64,000 bases of DNA from contig JAYWIR010000010.1 of NCBI GenBank assembly GCA_036172245.1, positions 4,340,001 to 4,404,000 on the forward strand, given 5' to 3'. The stretch's first letter is position 1. Each line of letters opens with the position of its first letter. Origin of the DNA: Raillietiella orientalis (Eukaryota). Positions 1 through 11,900 of the stretch are shown piece by piece. The notes under the pieces are model-generated. The model was given only the letters and a program-made list of their open reading frames with translations. It had not been told where the DNA came from and made no database searches. The translations under genes and the position numbers were made by a program.

Positions 1-849
1 TTCTTTTGGCATCTCTTGTATTCAGAGGACGCCGTTTCCCTCTGATCTCTGTTTTTTTTTAAATAAACGTCCTAGCGTCACCGGGTACGAAACCTCACCC
101 AGTGTTTCCAGCACTCGCCGAACTGCACATCCCATCGAAAGAAATGGCAACGTCCCACATGCTGTCCACTGGCTTTCAGAAGCTCCTCCTGACGGAGGCT
201 GATTTGGGGGGAAGAGGGGAAGGGAGAGAGAGGGAGATTAGATGAGACCCTGGAGGTGGCTACCGTGAGCAAGAAAAACCCGAAACGCGGCCGAGGGATT
301 CTTGAGCTGCACCTGGCCGAAGAACGTTGGCCGTAGAGATCTGCTGCGTGTCTGATCTGTCTGCTGGAGTTCAAAGGTAGGGACCCTCGTTCGTTCCAGG
401 TCGGACTCACCGTTCTTAGGAGGGCAGTCATCAGCTTGGCTTGGATACTTTCTCCAAAGCGCCGACGTGTGCCTTGAAGAGCACCTTCGTCATCCGTCCT
501 GGCCGCAGCGGAAGTTCCCTTCGACCGCGTGTCTACTCCAAAGGGGTGGAGGTGAAGGAGAAAGGGAAGTTTCAGAGATCCTTTCTACATGATGCAACCC
601 AGAGGACCGGACTTTAAACGGGAAAGTCCAGCCGAAAGAGCTGTGAGAGCTCCACGAGACAGGTATCCAAGGAAACGGGGGAAACCACATCCGAGATAGT
701 GTCCAAGGAGAGAATGGCGTGTTGAGGCACGGGGTTTCCGGGTGGTGCGTCCGCGCCTTTCGAGCAGCTGTTCCTCGCATCGCCTGAAGGGGAGGAATTC
801 GCACAGTCGGTGACAAGCAACCGGTCTCCCTCGCTCAAGTGGATGCAAC

Positions 850-3800
850 GCTCCGCAAAGATGGCGCCGAGCCGTGCGATCTCAGGAGCAGCACGCTGCC
901 ACCTCGGCAGAGGAGGAGATCCGGTTTAGCACGCCGGGAAGGATCTTCAGGTCCTTCGCCCCTGGAGGAGATTCTACCTCTGCGAGATTACGCTTCCGGG
1001 ACCGTGTTCCCGGAAGCTGGCAAAGGATCAGCCCGGAAGCTCAAAGCGTTTCATGGAGGTCTGGGCTCGGTGCATTTCCAATGAAGCGGAAACATCAGAT
1101 GAAAGCAGAGTCGCGAGATTTTGGCGAGTGAAGGAGACGGGATGATGACCCCATGATGAATGGCGGCAGGAGTAGCTGCTGGGGCGGTGTGCTGCTGTTC
1201 CTTCCTTGCAAGGAGGGGATGCTGCCGTCACTCTGGGAATTCTGGCAGAGCTGTTGATTGCACGAAAGGGGGGGAATGTAGTCCTGAGCAGCAGACGTTC
1301 TGTGAGAGTGGCTCTTGTTGTTACAACCAGGAGGAAGAATTCGTGCTGCGGCTGTCCGCAAGGAAGAGAAGCCACGCAATTCGCGTTGGCATGCCGGACT
1401 AAGATGCTTTTTCAATGCACGAGAATATTAAGCGGTTGAGAAAGAACAACCAGAAACTGCTGAAGAGAACGGTTCGGCCATCACTACTCAGGGATCCTTT
1501 CTCTGACTTGACTGCCGCATCTCGCGTTCTTCCATGTTCAGAAAGATCCTTCCTTTGAACGCCCAGTCCTCGAACGGAAAGCTGCTTATAGGAAAAAAAC
1601 AGGCGTCCTTCATAATTTGTGACTGGAGGCATTCGTAGGGCGTTCCCCAGGAAATCCAAGCACAATCTTTCATATTGTGTTCTCTTGTTCAGTCCATTAC
1701 TTATGTGATTCGAACTTTGGCAGCAACCACTTTGGTAGACTTTTGTGACTCAACATGTGCAACACGTGCGCCTCAAAGCATTCAGGGTTATTTCAACTCC
1801 TTGCAGATCCACCCGTGATCTTCAGAAGCAAATGGTTACCAAATGAGTTCCAGTGGAGTGTGACGTCACCAGCAGGAGACGTTATATCAGCGTGCCTTTG
1901 GAAGAAAAACTTACCCACGTTTACACAGATATCTGGTCTCTAATGAATACGTTGTGAGCATTCCAGTTCTCTGCATCCACCTTGCTTTCCTAAATGCTTG
2001 CCGGACGTCAAGGTGTCTGGGAACACCGTCCATCAAGCCACTTCCTGCATATTGGGGGTCACCAGTGATTATGTTATTGTCGCTCCGCACACGCTGCCGC
2101 CTGAGACCGCTGCTCATTGCTAGCGGCGCCCACGAGGAGGGGTGCGAACCCAACGTGCAGAGAGTGTTTCGTGGTCAAAGAGCCATCAACGCGCACTCGC
2201 AGTAGCCGTTAGCGACCGGCCTCATGACCAACAGGCACGACGACCACCGCGTCATCCGAATCGTAGAGGCGCCGCAGGGATGATGGTAGCCGGTGGCCTC
2301 TATAGAGAGACACTGCCGGGGGTCCACTTGACGAGACCTGCCGGCGTTTCCCAACGGGGGTGTTCGACGTCCTCTGCCCTTGCACGAAGAGCAGACGGCG
2401 AGCCACAGCAGGCAGTGATCAGGCAAGCGACGGCATAGACGGCGAAGTCAACAGCGGTATAAACGGCAACGAGGGAGACCACATAGGCGGCGGCTATGGC
2501 AAGAGTATCGATGTAAACGGAGACCACGAGAGCAACGACGTACACAGAGACGTTGGTGCCTTGCAGTCTGCAAGGCTCTACCAGAACCCTTGCTCTCCAA
2601 CTTTCCTTGCACCCCAGCAGTATCGGTGTATCCAATGACTTGTTGTTACTCTCCCCTCCAGCCACCACGGCGGACACAGTAGGGAGTTTTTTCGTGGAGC
2701 TGGAGCAGGCAACAGGACTCAAGATGAATAAGAAAAAGTGCAATGCAGTTCACGTAGGAGCTGCTGTCAAGCCAGGAGAGGACTGGACTTCGCTGCAAAT
2801 CAAGCTGGGAAGACACTAGAGATATCTGGGTGCTCTGATCGACGAATTCGGCAACCAAACAAAATCGTCTGCCCTCTCGGAGTCAGCCACTAGAACGCTC
2901 GCTCCTTTCAAGGGTGGCAAATTTCCTTTCCAAAGCGATGGCCATTTGGAACACCTTTGGGATGCCCACATTGAGATCCCTTCTTTTTGTTTTTCTCATC
3001 CCCACCTGAACGAAAAAGCGCCTGCACTCGATCTTGTCCAAGACCCTGTAGGGCAGCGCAAGATAAAACGTCAGGCTTAAGGACATCTGCTTATCAGGGA
3101 GCAAGTGCGACTGGACATCCTTACACCGGAAATCCTTGGCGGGAATTGACGATCAGAATGATAAGATTGGCAGCGGAAGACTGGAAAGAGCACGAGTTCA
3201 ACCCCGCTCGCCACATGATGCAATCAGTCTGCAGCAGCAGTAACCTAGCTGCCGTGAAGGAGGCGTGAGGTACGAGAAGAGTGAGGCTATTGTCTTCACT
3301 CAAAGAGACTGCGGCAGTGCTAAGCCGTCATCCTGAACTCAGCTGCCGACCAGCGAATTACAGAACGTGGCAGTATCGATGAAGTTCTGGATCCTCAATA
3401 CAAGCGCAGGGGAATGAAACTCTCAAAGAGACTGTCAGAAATCAAGGAGCTCACGGCTGAAGAGGTGGAGAAGTCCAACGGGATACGCTTTAGGTGGGAA
3501 AATATCCGTCTCTTAAGAATGCTTCATGAACTCAGAAACAAAGCCGGTTCCTTGCGACCGGCCAGATGGATACCAACCTGTCATAACGAGGGAAGAGAGC
3601 TGCCCTTGGAAAGATGCAAGCCCACCCAGATAGCAGCGTTCCTGCAGAGGAAAACAACTGCAAAGGACTGCCAAGATGGGCCACCATTCTAGAAGTTGCG
3701 GTGCAAACGGTAACAACCCCGTCCATCTTCCTGGAGGTAACATCGATCCCCGTGAAAGTGCAACACATCCTAGCACTGACAATGCACTGGGGTCTTCCTA

Positions 3801-4290
3801 GGAACGATTTCCTGCGCCATGTATCAGGAGGAGCAATCAACCCTGAATGCAAGAGATGCGGGAGCAAAGAGGCCTTCCCAGAGCTGTTGATCCAATGTCT
3901 AGGACTTCAGTGCGGATAAGAAAAAATTGCGTTTAGCCTCTCTCTCCCTGACTCGAGTCCCCGGAACCCGCTAAGCAATCTTTCAGTAAGGGCGGGCTAT
4001 CCAAGGCATCAGCCGTAATGCTGGCCTGTTTTCTTCGAGCCATCGCGATAGCAAGAGGCATACCGGAGCACCAAAATCAGCACAAAGACGTGCTCCAAAT
4101 ACGCAAGAGATTGCTGAAACACGCTAGCAAATGGACTCAGTTCGATGCGAGAGATTGTGCGGAGCTGGACACGAGTGCAAACAAAATGAAGCTGTTCGCA
4201 CAGAAGGCACCCAATCGTGGTGATTCACCCCTCCCTCTCTTCCTCCCACCCCACGGGACCCTATTTACTCGGTTCACTCCCCACTGCCTC
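850..4290 (+). mobile_element. Decayed L1/Tx1-like non-LTR retrotransposon (RT and C-terminal CCHC finger; possible endonuclease relic near 870)
   Basis: Frameshifted relics: GVSQRGC...EPQQAVIRQ (cf. GVRQGCPLS...EPLA..IR), VSNDLLLL (cf. YADD), ELEQATGLKMNKKKC, RYLG, and PECKRCGSKEAFPELLIQC. The 5' boundary is uncertain. Confidence 0.75.
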
Positions 4291-4309
4291 GCTAGATAGC
4301 GGATCGCGT

Positions 4310-4630
4310 TTTCCTTCCTATTCCCAGTTGCGCCAGGAAGTTTATTGTTTTCAATAAACTTGCACGTACCTTTCCGTGTTGAAAAAGTGAGCCTTACAAT
4401 CTACGGGGATGTGCAGTTAGTGATGGCCCATAGGGGATGGGGGATTGGGGGACTGAGAGGAGGATTGAGATGGGGGCATCGCCAGGTTATGGGCGCAGCG
4501 CACGACAGCCTGCATACGTTTCCATTTATCTCATCCCTGTCCCTTAAGTAGGACCATTTACATGCTGTCTTTAGCAGATCTTTGCATATCCGGAGAATGT
4601 TCTCGTGACAGTTTCCTTTCTTCAAGATAT
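4310..4630 (-). mobile_element. 3' fragment of the same LINE family
   Basis: ILRICKDLLKTACKW matches VLQIRKRLLKHASKW (4018-4299 ORF); ends in the AATAAA-stem-loop motif. Confidence 0.7.
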
Positions 4631-4749
4631 ATACCTGGCTGCTGCTCGTAAGAAGCAGAACATCCCCACTGCTGCTGCCTTGGCTAGCCTTTCTTTGCTG
4701 AGGAATCTGGCCATCGCTTCCCTCTCAGTCGGATCGCTTTTTCCCCGGA

Positions 4750-5900
4750 AATTCATACCCGGTTGCGCCGGGACGTTTATTTTCTTTAAAATAAACATAG
4801 ATATTCCCTCCCATTCAGGGGGGAAGTACCTTACAATCTAAGGGAAAATTGGGGAGTAGGGCAGTCTTAGTAGGGCCCTAGGGTAGGGGGAAGAGGCCAA
4901 AAAGGCGAAGGGGGGATTGTGGGCGGTGCTTTACCGGGTTGAGGGCGCCTGCTAGTCTGTTGCTGCTTATGTCCAACTCCTCTCGTTCTATTGCACTTAA
5001 GTGAGCGGCACCATTTTCGAGATGATTTCAGCAAACTTCTGCAGACCTGGAGTGTGTCGCATTGCTTGTTTTGATGTTCCAGGGCATGCCAGAATCCATG
5101 CCAGATGTCCCAGGCGTTGTCAGAATAGCTCTGGGGTAGCATAACACTATCGTGGCTGCTGTCATAGTCGGCCTGTCTTTGCTACAGAATCTGATGAGAA
5201 GGTCCTTGGGCTACAGGTCTGTTAGGCATATACTGAACGCCACTTTTTGTCACCCGATTTGGAGGCTAAGGCACTCTACAATCATGTGGGAAAAGGTTTC
5301 TATGCTTTTGCACCTTGTATACTCTGGTAAGATTCTATCCTGGGTTATGCGACGGATGGGTATGGTTGTTCCTCGGCAGCTCCCAATCAATCGTTGGTGC
5401 TAGAATGTGTTGCACTGTCAAGGGGATAGGAAGACTGGAGTAAAGGCTAATTGCTGGGCATCCACACCGAGAGTTCTTGCCCCTCTGTGCATCCCTATTG
5501 GTGCTGTTCTTTGCAGAGATCTTGTTACTTGCACGGGCTTGCATTTTCCAAAAGATATTTCCTTCCCCTCCCAGAGTCAGCAGTGACCACCTGTGAGTCA
5601 GCCCTGTTCCTTAGCTCGTGAGTTCTTGCCAAACCTGTGTCCATCTGAGTGCCCTGGGAGATCTTTCCGCCTGTTCGATGGTGGGTTCTTTTATTTTGGC
5701 AAGTCGCTTCTGTGTGATCCGGTCTTCTTTGGTATTCCGGATCCAGAATTTCGCTGAAGCTGATTTCCACACTCCGTAGTTTGCTGGTCTGCAGAAGAGT
5801 CCAGGGTGGAACTTCAGCATTTTTGCCATTTCCCTGAGCGGGTAAGGCAGTCTTGCTCTTGTGTGGGCTCGTAGTTTTTTCAGAACTGCTAGTGGACACT
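4750..5900 (-). mobile_element. 5'-truncated LINE, same family
   Basis: VQHILAPTIDWELPRNN vs VQHILALTMHWGLPRND; LQVCRSLLKSSRKW; terminal AATAAA-stem-loop at 4758-4781. Confidence 0.75.
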
Positions 5901-6699
5901 GCTGCATGCCAGCTGCATCAAGTGGTGCGCAGTGTTCATCCCAGCCCGTCCCTGCCCTAGCATCCTCATAATAGCCTGGTGGCGGAGGATTTCTGGGCTT
6001 AGGATTTCCAGTCCTGGAAAAAGTCAATACGTGTATATTTATAGCAAATAAACCTCCCGGCGTAAATGGGCACCAAACGAGGAAAACGACCTAGACGGCG
6101 ACCCCGAGAGCGGAGACGTGGACGGCACGTGCAGAGACGGCAGCTAAAAGTCCGTCGCTCTTTCGGGAGGGATGGAATCCCGCCAGCGCCCTATGCTCGC
6201 GGTCCGCAGGAAGCGGAAGCGCGAGGAGAAGCGAACTAACGGCAGAGAGAGGAGCGGCGCTCGCGACGCGTGACCAATGGCGATGTTGGCTTCGAGGATT
6301 CGACCGGGGAGGAACCGTTGACCTGCACGGGCTCTGGAAGGAGCTCTCCAAAGGGAGAAGCGGCCAGCGCGTCCTGCTCCGGAGTACGAGCGTTGCTGGT
6401 GGGTCTCCGGGGCCATGGGAACCTGTGGCTGGAAGAGCAGAAGAACGACGAGGTGCTCTGCATCGCTCACACGCAGGCGGAGACTCTGAAGTCGTGGGCG
6501 GCGTGAGTCGACACAAAGCAAGGTCGGGGCTCACATTGCGGATCACCGGACAGGATGGACCGCTGCCGGCGGTCCTCGGATACCGTCCATATCTTCCATT
6601 GCCTTTTCTCCGTGTCGAAAATCGTCCAATTCATTGAGACGGCTGCACCTGCATTGATCTGGGCATGTTGGTTGTCTTCCTCCAAGGATGGTGCGCTGC

Positions 6700-6906
6700 G
6701 ACCGACTTTGATCACTGCGACGACTTTGTGGCTGCCCGAGCGGCAGTGTCGAAGCAGCGCAGGCGGATGGGGGACGTCAGATCTTCCCGGAGCTGCTTGC
6801 ACTCCCGCTGGCATTCTTCCCGCTGCTGCCACCGCCTACAGTGCCACGCGCTCTGGCGCGATATTCCCGGGAGCGACGACTCCTTCCCGCAAGCAGCGCA
6901 GCTCAC
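6700..6906 (-). pseudogene. Degenerate MYND zinc-finger coding relic
   Basis: CAACGKESSLPGISRQSAWHCRRWQQREECQRECKQL; several non-consensus residues are one nucleotide away from the MYND consensus. Confidence 0.4.
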
Positions 6907-8524
6907 AACTGCGCCGCCGGTATCCTCTCAAATCTCAGAAGGACCAGCAATCGTGGCAGGATCGGCATCTTAAGCAGCTGCACGAGTGCCGGCCGGAACA
7001 GGGTCAGCGACTTGATGAGAATCGGGGCTCCTGGAGGCAGGAAGAGCAGCATCTCTCGGACCAACGATGGAAACCTCACAGGCTGCCTCACCGCCAGCAG
7101 GAGCACTAGAGGCGGAAGCATCACCACTGGATAAAGAAGCAGCAGAGGTGGAAGTGTCAGCAGGGTCAGCAGGAGTAGGGGCATAGACCCTCCCGCGCCG
7201 CGGACTCATCCTGTCGGTCTTCACTCCAAGAGTCCCCGAATTCCCTTTTGCCTCCATCACCTCCTCCAGGAACGTCTTTCTCAACTTCTTACAACTTTGT
7301 GAGGGGCAGAGGTGGCAGACGGAAAGCTAGGGTTACCTGCGAGGGCACAAGGGCGGTGAGCACTTGACCCCGGAAACGGGGACACCAATGACCAAATCTT
7401 TGATCAGCGCCTCGGAAAGTCCGACCCATTCCTCGAGGCTAGGGTTACGAGTGTGCAGGGAGCACTCGGGTCGTTGGAGTTTCACCCAGGGCAGCGTGAG
7501 TCAACGCAAAGCGCGGTAGCGACACGAGTCAGATGCACACTGCGAACCATTGGACAAGACGGACGGCTACCGGGAGTCCTCGGAGCGGGCGCCCCGGCTG
7601 CGGGAGTCCAGCAGCCTTCCGTACCACCTACTAAACTGGAAGAGAAGATGCCATGGCGACGTCGGTTGTCTGTCGTGCGATGGATCGCTCCTGGCAGCGC
7701 AAATGTAGTGAAGAGGGCGGGTTGCGCGCTCAGGGCCGGCTGAGAAGGGTGCCGGGGCCGGCGGCGAGCGGCATTAGGCCTTCGGCCCGAATGCGACTTG
7801 CGTAGGTGCACCGCCGACCGCTCAGTGAAGGAGAACGGAGAGGGAGACGCGTCCCATCGGGGAGGCAGAGGAAGCCGCTGACAACCAACGTCAACAAGAA
7901 ACTGTCTGGGGGCACGGTGGCTACTGCGGCTGCTGGTGGAGCGCGAGAAGCGCATCTGAAGCTTCTTCAGACCCTGAAGGGAAGGAAGGAACAGAAGAGA
8001 AGGCACCAATAACACGTCCAAAAGATGCAAGAAGAATCCTGGAGTGGTTTCTCCCCTCCCTCCCTGCCTCGGGCCTTCCAGTTGGCCAGGAGTTCAGCAG
8101 CGTCTTGTACGAAGCCCGGTTCTCTCTGGACACTCAAAAAGACTACCAGAGACCAAGAAACCAAGGCCCTTCCCCGACGCAGAGCAGCTTGGAAAGTGCG
8201 TTGTCCTGGAGGATCCTTCTGGCGCGGCAGGAGCTCGCGGGACCGCTGTTCTATGAAGCGATCGTCTTCCCCACCCCTTCTTCTTCCAGAGGAGGGACAG
8301 CCTAGATGGAGAAGTTTTTTATTACTGGTGCGCCAGCGCCACCTTTGCTCCGCGGTCCTCCCTCTTTTCTACTGCCTCCTACTACGTCAGGAAGGAAGGA
8401 AGACCTCCCTCCTTCTTGCGGACGGAGAGGAGAAACAGGCGGTCTTCATGAACCATTCTACAAATCTTCCGGCCTGGGACAAAATTGACTAGCTTCGGCT
8501 GAGGTGCGGCGGCGGCGGGGGCTC

Positions 8525-8948
8525 CTAGTTCTCTCGGACGCTGCTGGTCTGGCTCTCGAAGATCCCCGGATCAGGGTCGTCCGTCTTGTTCTTGCCGGAT
8601 AGGTGCTGCAGGAGCAAGTTGAAGTTCTTGCCCCCGCGTATCTTGTACGTGAAGGAGTTGATGGACAACTCCACAGGTCTGGAGGGCTCCCTCTCATCGT
8701 CACTGAGCTGGCGTGACTTCCCACCATCGGACTGGGACAGTGGGTCTGGCTTGAGGGTCATCTCCTTAGCGTTGTACATGTTCCTGGTGATGTTGTAGCA
8801 CCTGCAGATGCAGGACGACGGATAGCGGAACCAGTCGGAAAAGATACCTCGGCACTCGTTGCTCGGGTCGAAGGCCAGCATCCGATGCAGGCGAAACTGC
8901 TGCTCGCAGCGACACCCATCGCGACAAAACATCTGCCTGTGCTCATAG
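8525..8948 (-). CDS. spz3: spz3 last coding exon, cystine-knot C-half and tail
   Basis: ctccag acceptor; [22 protein letters not shown]...CICRCY; TAG at 8525-8527. Confidence 0.93.
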
Positions 8949-11900
8949 CTGGAGGAACACATACACAAGAGGTGAGCAGGAGAGGAGCTGCGGGATGGAC
9001 GCTCCGCGCGACGGGAGCAGCGCCTCAAACCGGGAGGCTCGCTAGTTCCGTGGCGCTCGTTTAGATGCCGCTCGCGCCTGCCAGGGGAAGAGAGGAGGGA
9101 GGAGTCCCTTGCTCCTTGCATGCGCAGCTTCCGACCTCGTTTCTTTCGTGTGAATGCATGGGGAACAGCAGGATACATCCGCGCAAGGGAGCGGACCAGG
9201 GAGACGGGGGACACGTGGAAACGGAGGGTAGGAAGGTGAGGGGGAATTCAGTTGCCGCCGCCGGGAGAGCACACCCAAGAACGAAAGGGGAGCTATACGC
9301 CGCAGATTGCGTCGCCACGAAAGATCAGCCTCCTTGAAGAAGTTTCAGTGTTCCTGTATTCCGATCTCCGCGACAAAGTACTCGGAAGCGTGACTCATGA
9401 GCGAGTGGCCATTGGATCTGTCAAATCAGTCTGACAGATCGTCAGCAGCGTCGCTTCCCATCTTTTTCGCCCCACTCCCAGCCCCCTTGTCCTGCAGCTT
9501 GGATGGAAAGGGAAGGTGACAGCATCGATAAGAGTTGAGGGGAGAAGAAGGGGGTAATCAAAGCGGAGGGGGGGGGGGGAACGAAAAGGAGCACGTAAAA
9601 TCCCTTGGGTCACAAGGGCGAAAGGGAAGGCAAAGCAGGGGAATTCCCCCTGGAAACGAACGCCTCGCCTCGCCTCTGTCAGGAAGCGACAAACCGTCCC
9701 AGGGGAGCGTACTCGACGCTGCCGAACCGCTACGGTGACGATATGCTGTGGATTTGCAAGACTTTCACGGGATGAGTCGGATCTTGGAACGGAAGAAGCG
9801 CCTAAGCACAGAGCGTGTGGTCAGAGGCGTTTGGCTGGTCCCATGTCGCCGTCGCCACCCCGCTTCTGAGCACTACCTCGGCGGAGACCCCGCCTCCTCC
9901 TTGGTCCCGGAGGCTTCGACCCCGAAGCGGAGCTGACGCGCGCGTACCCCTGGCATTCGAAGCGACAGGGGAGCAGGGAAGGGCAGTCGCTGCCGTTCGG
10001 AACGGGGAGTGTTGAGAAGGCTCGGGTGTGGCCTCCCACGTGGGGTCGGGAAGGATTGGCCACGCTCCCTTTCCCTTCCGGAACGCGCTCTCGCGCCGTC
10101 GAAGGGTCGTGACCGAACGACTCCGCTCGCCCCTAACTGTTAGGACTCACTGCCTTTTCCTTGCTGCTGCCTCATCTCTCCCCCCGATCGATTCCGCCAA
10201 CCTCTTCTGAAGAGGATGTCGGTCAAGCCGGACTTCGGACTACCTCAGGCGGCCCCCGAATCCAAGAGGCCGCGAAGACGGAGACATGTGAGGGGGCGGA
10301 AAGTCTTGGGGGCCAACCCCTATCGTCGCGCGCAGCGGGACGATAGGGGTAGACAGAAACCGGGGCAACCAACAGGTCGTCGTGGTCAGACCGGTTGTTC
10401 GGGTGCCACAACAGAGGATGACTGCGCTTCGATGCGTACGGTGGGAGACCACGGCAGGGGATGATCAACCGGGAGAGGGCAGAGAAGAAAAGGGCATTAT
10501 CGCCTGGAGACCGCGGTAACCCTGCAAGCACACCTGCCGACGACCATGGGATCATTCCGGATGGACGTGGAAGACCGGTGTCAAAAAGGCACGAGGGCGC
10601 TCCTGGATCTCCGCTGACGGGGGGCCGAGTCGTGCAGGCCGCTAGCAAGCGGGAGGTTGAGGGCTGCAGAGCACGAGCGTCCCGGAAGTATGCACAGTTC
10701 TTTACTTAGATCGCGGCCATCCCTGTTCACCGACGTGACCAGTCTCGTAGTAGTCACGATCGGCAGAGCACCTCGATCTCATCCAGAGTCCTCTCCACGC
10801 GAAATTGCAAACTTCTCCTCGCGCGCGTCCGCGACGGCAGAGGGGGAAGGGGTGGGAGGAAAGATCTCGCGACGGCAAGGCGGGCGTGAGAGCGCGTCCA
10901 TGCCTCCAGCACTCTCCTCCCACCCCTGCACCCCGGGAGGGATTTCGGTGCGCGGGGCCTCCGAAGGGAGTGCCGCGCAACAGGCAAGGGGACAGGCGGG
11001 CAGAAAGGGATGGTGAGGAAACTTGGGACGTCCTACCCGGAGGAACTCTGGGGCCATCAGGTACTGACCAGAGCAGGCCGCTGGTGGTAGCACGGTGGAA
11101 AGGGGGATCAGGTGAGGAGGATCTCTCTCGGAGTCTTCGGACCGTCACCTAGGGAAAGGTGGGAGATTCTGTCCGTTCGTTCCCCTGCCCTCCCCTTCAG
11201 AAGGGCGGAATTCCTTCGCCCGGGGGGTCCTGAAGCCGCCTTCCCCGTGAACAGCGAGGAACCTGAGCTGCGTGTTCCCCAAGGGCCTCTCATCCGGATG
11301 GTGGGCGCTCGTGACGACCCGCGCGGTTGCCCGGATAACGGACGATCAACACCAACGGCGAGCCGAGAGGCCGCTCAGAAGAATGAGACGACGCTCCTGC
11401 CTCCTCGTTCCACCCTTCCCGGAAGAGTTTCCTCCAGACCGCAACCCCACCTGCCTCCCGCGGAAGCTGTGTAAAGGACACTCACGTGCACTTTTCCCAG
11501 TGTACGTACTGCTCGAAGGGGTAAAGGTTGAGAAGGGCAAGCACCTCCCCGCGGGTGTTGTTGGACCAGTAAGGGGCGACCACTTCCTCTTTGGCAGGGC
11601 AGGCGTTCCTGGAAAGGAGCGTGAGGTTATGACTCTCCACAATCCCCCAGAGGCAGTCTTTAGGGCGGTTCCACCCGCGCTTCCAGCAGGGTCACCGGCG
11701 CAAGCAAATAGCGGGTCCGTCGAGCAGCACCCACGCACCCGGCGCGCACCCACCGTGCGCTCAGCTTAGCGCGCGCGCGCCCGGCAGAGCAGGTTGAAGA
11801 GACCGAAGCCTGCAGGGGGCAACTCCCTCATCGGCCAGAAGACATTCTTCTCCAGTGCTCTCTGGAGGAGCAATCAGCTGACCTCGCCCGGCTGGAGCCA

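Noticed and set aside
9415..9440. 9-bp hairpin gatctgtca...tgacagatc
   Set aside because: Short enough to occur by chance in 64 kb.
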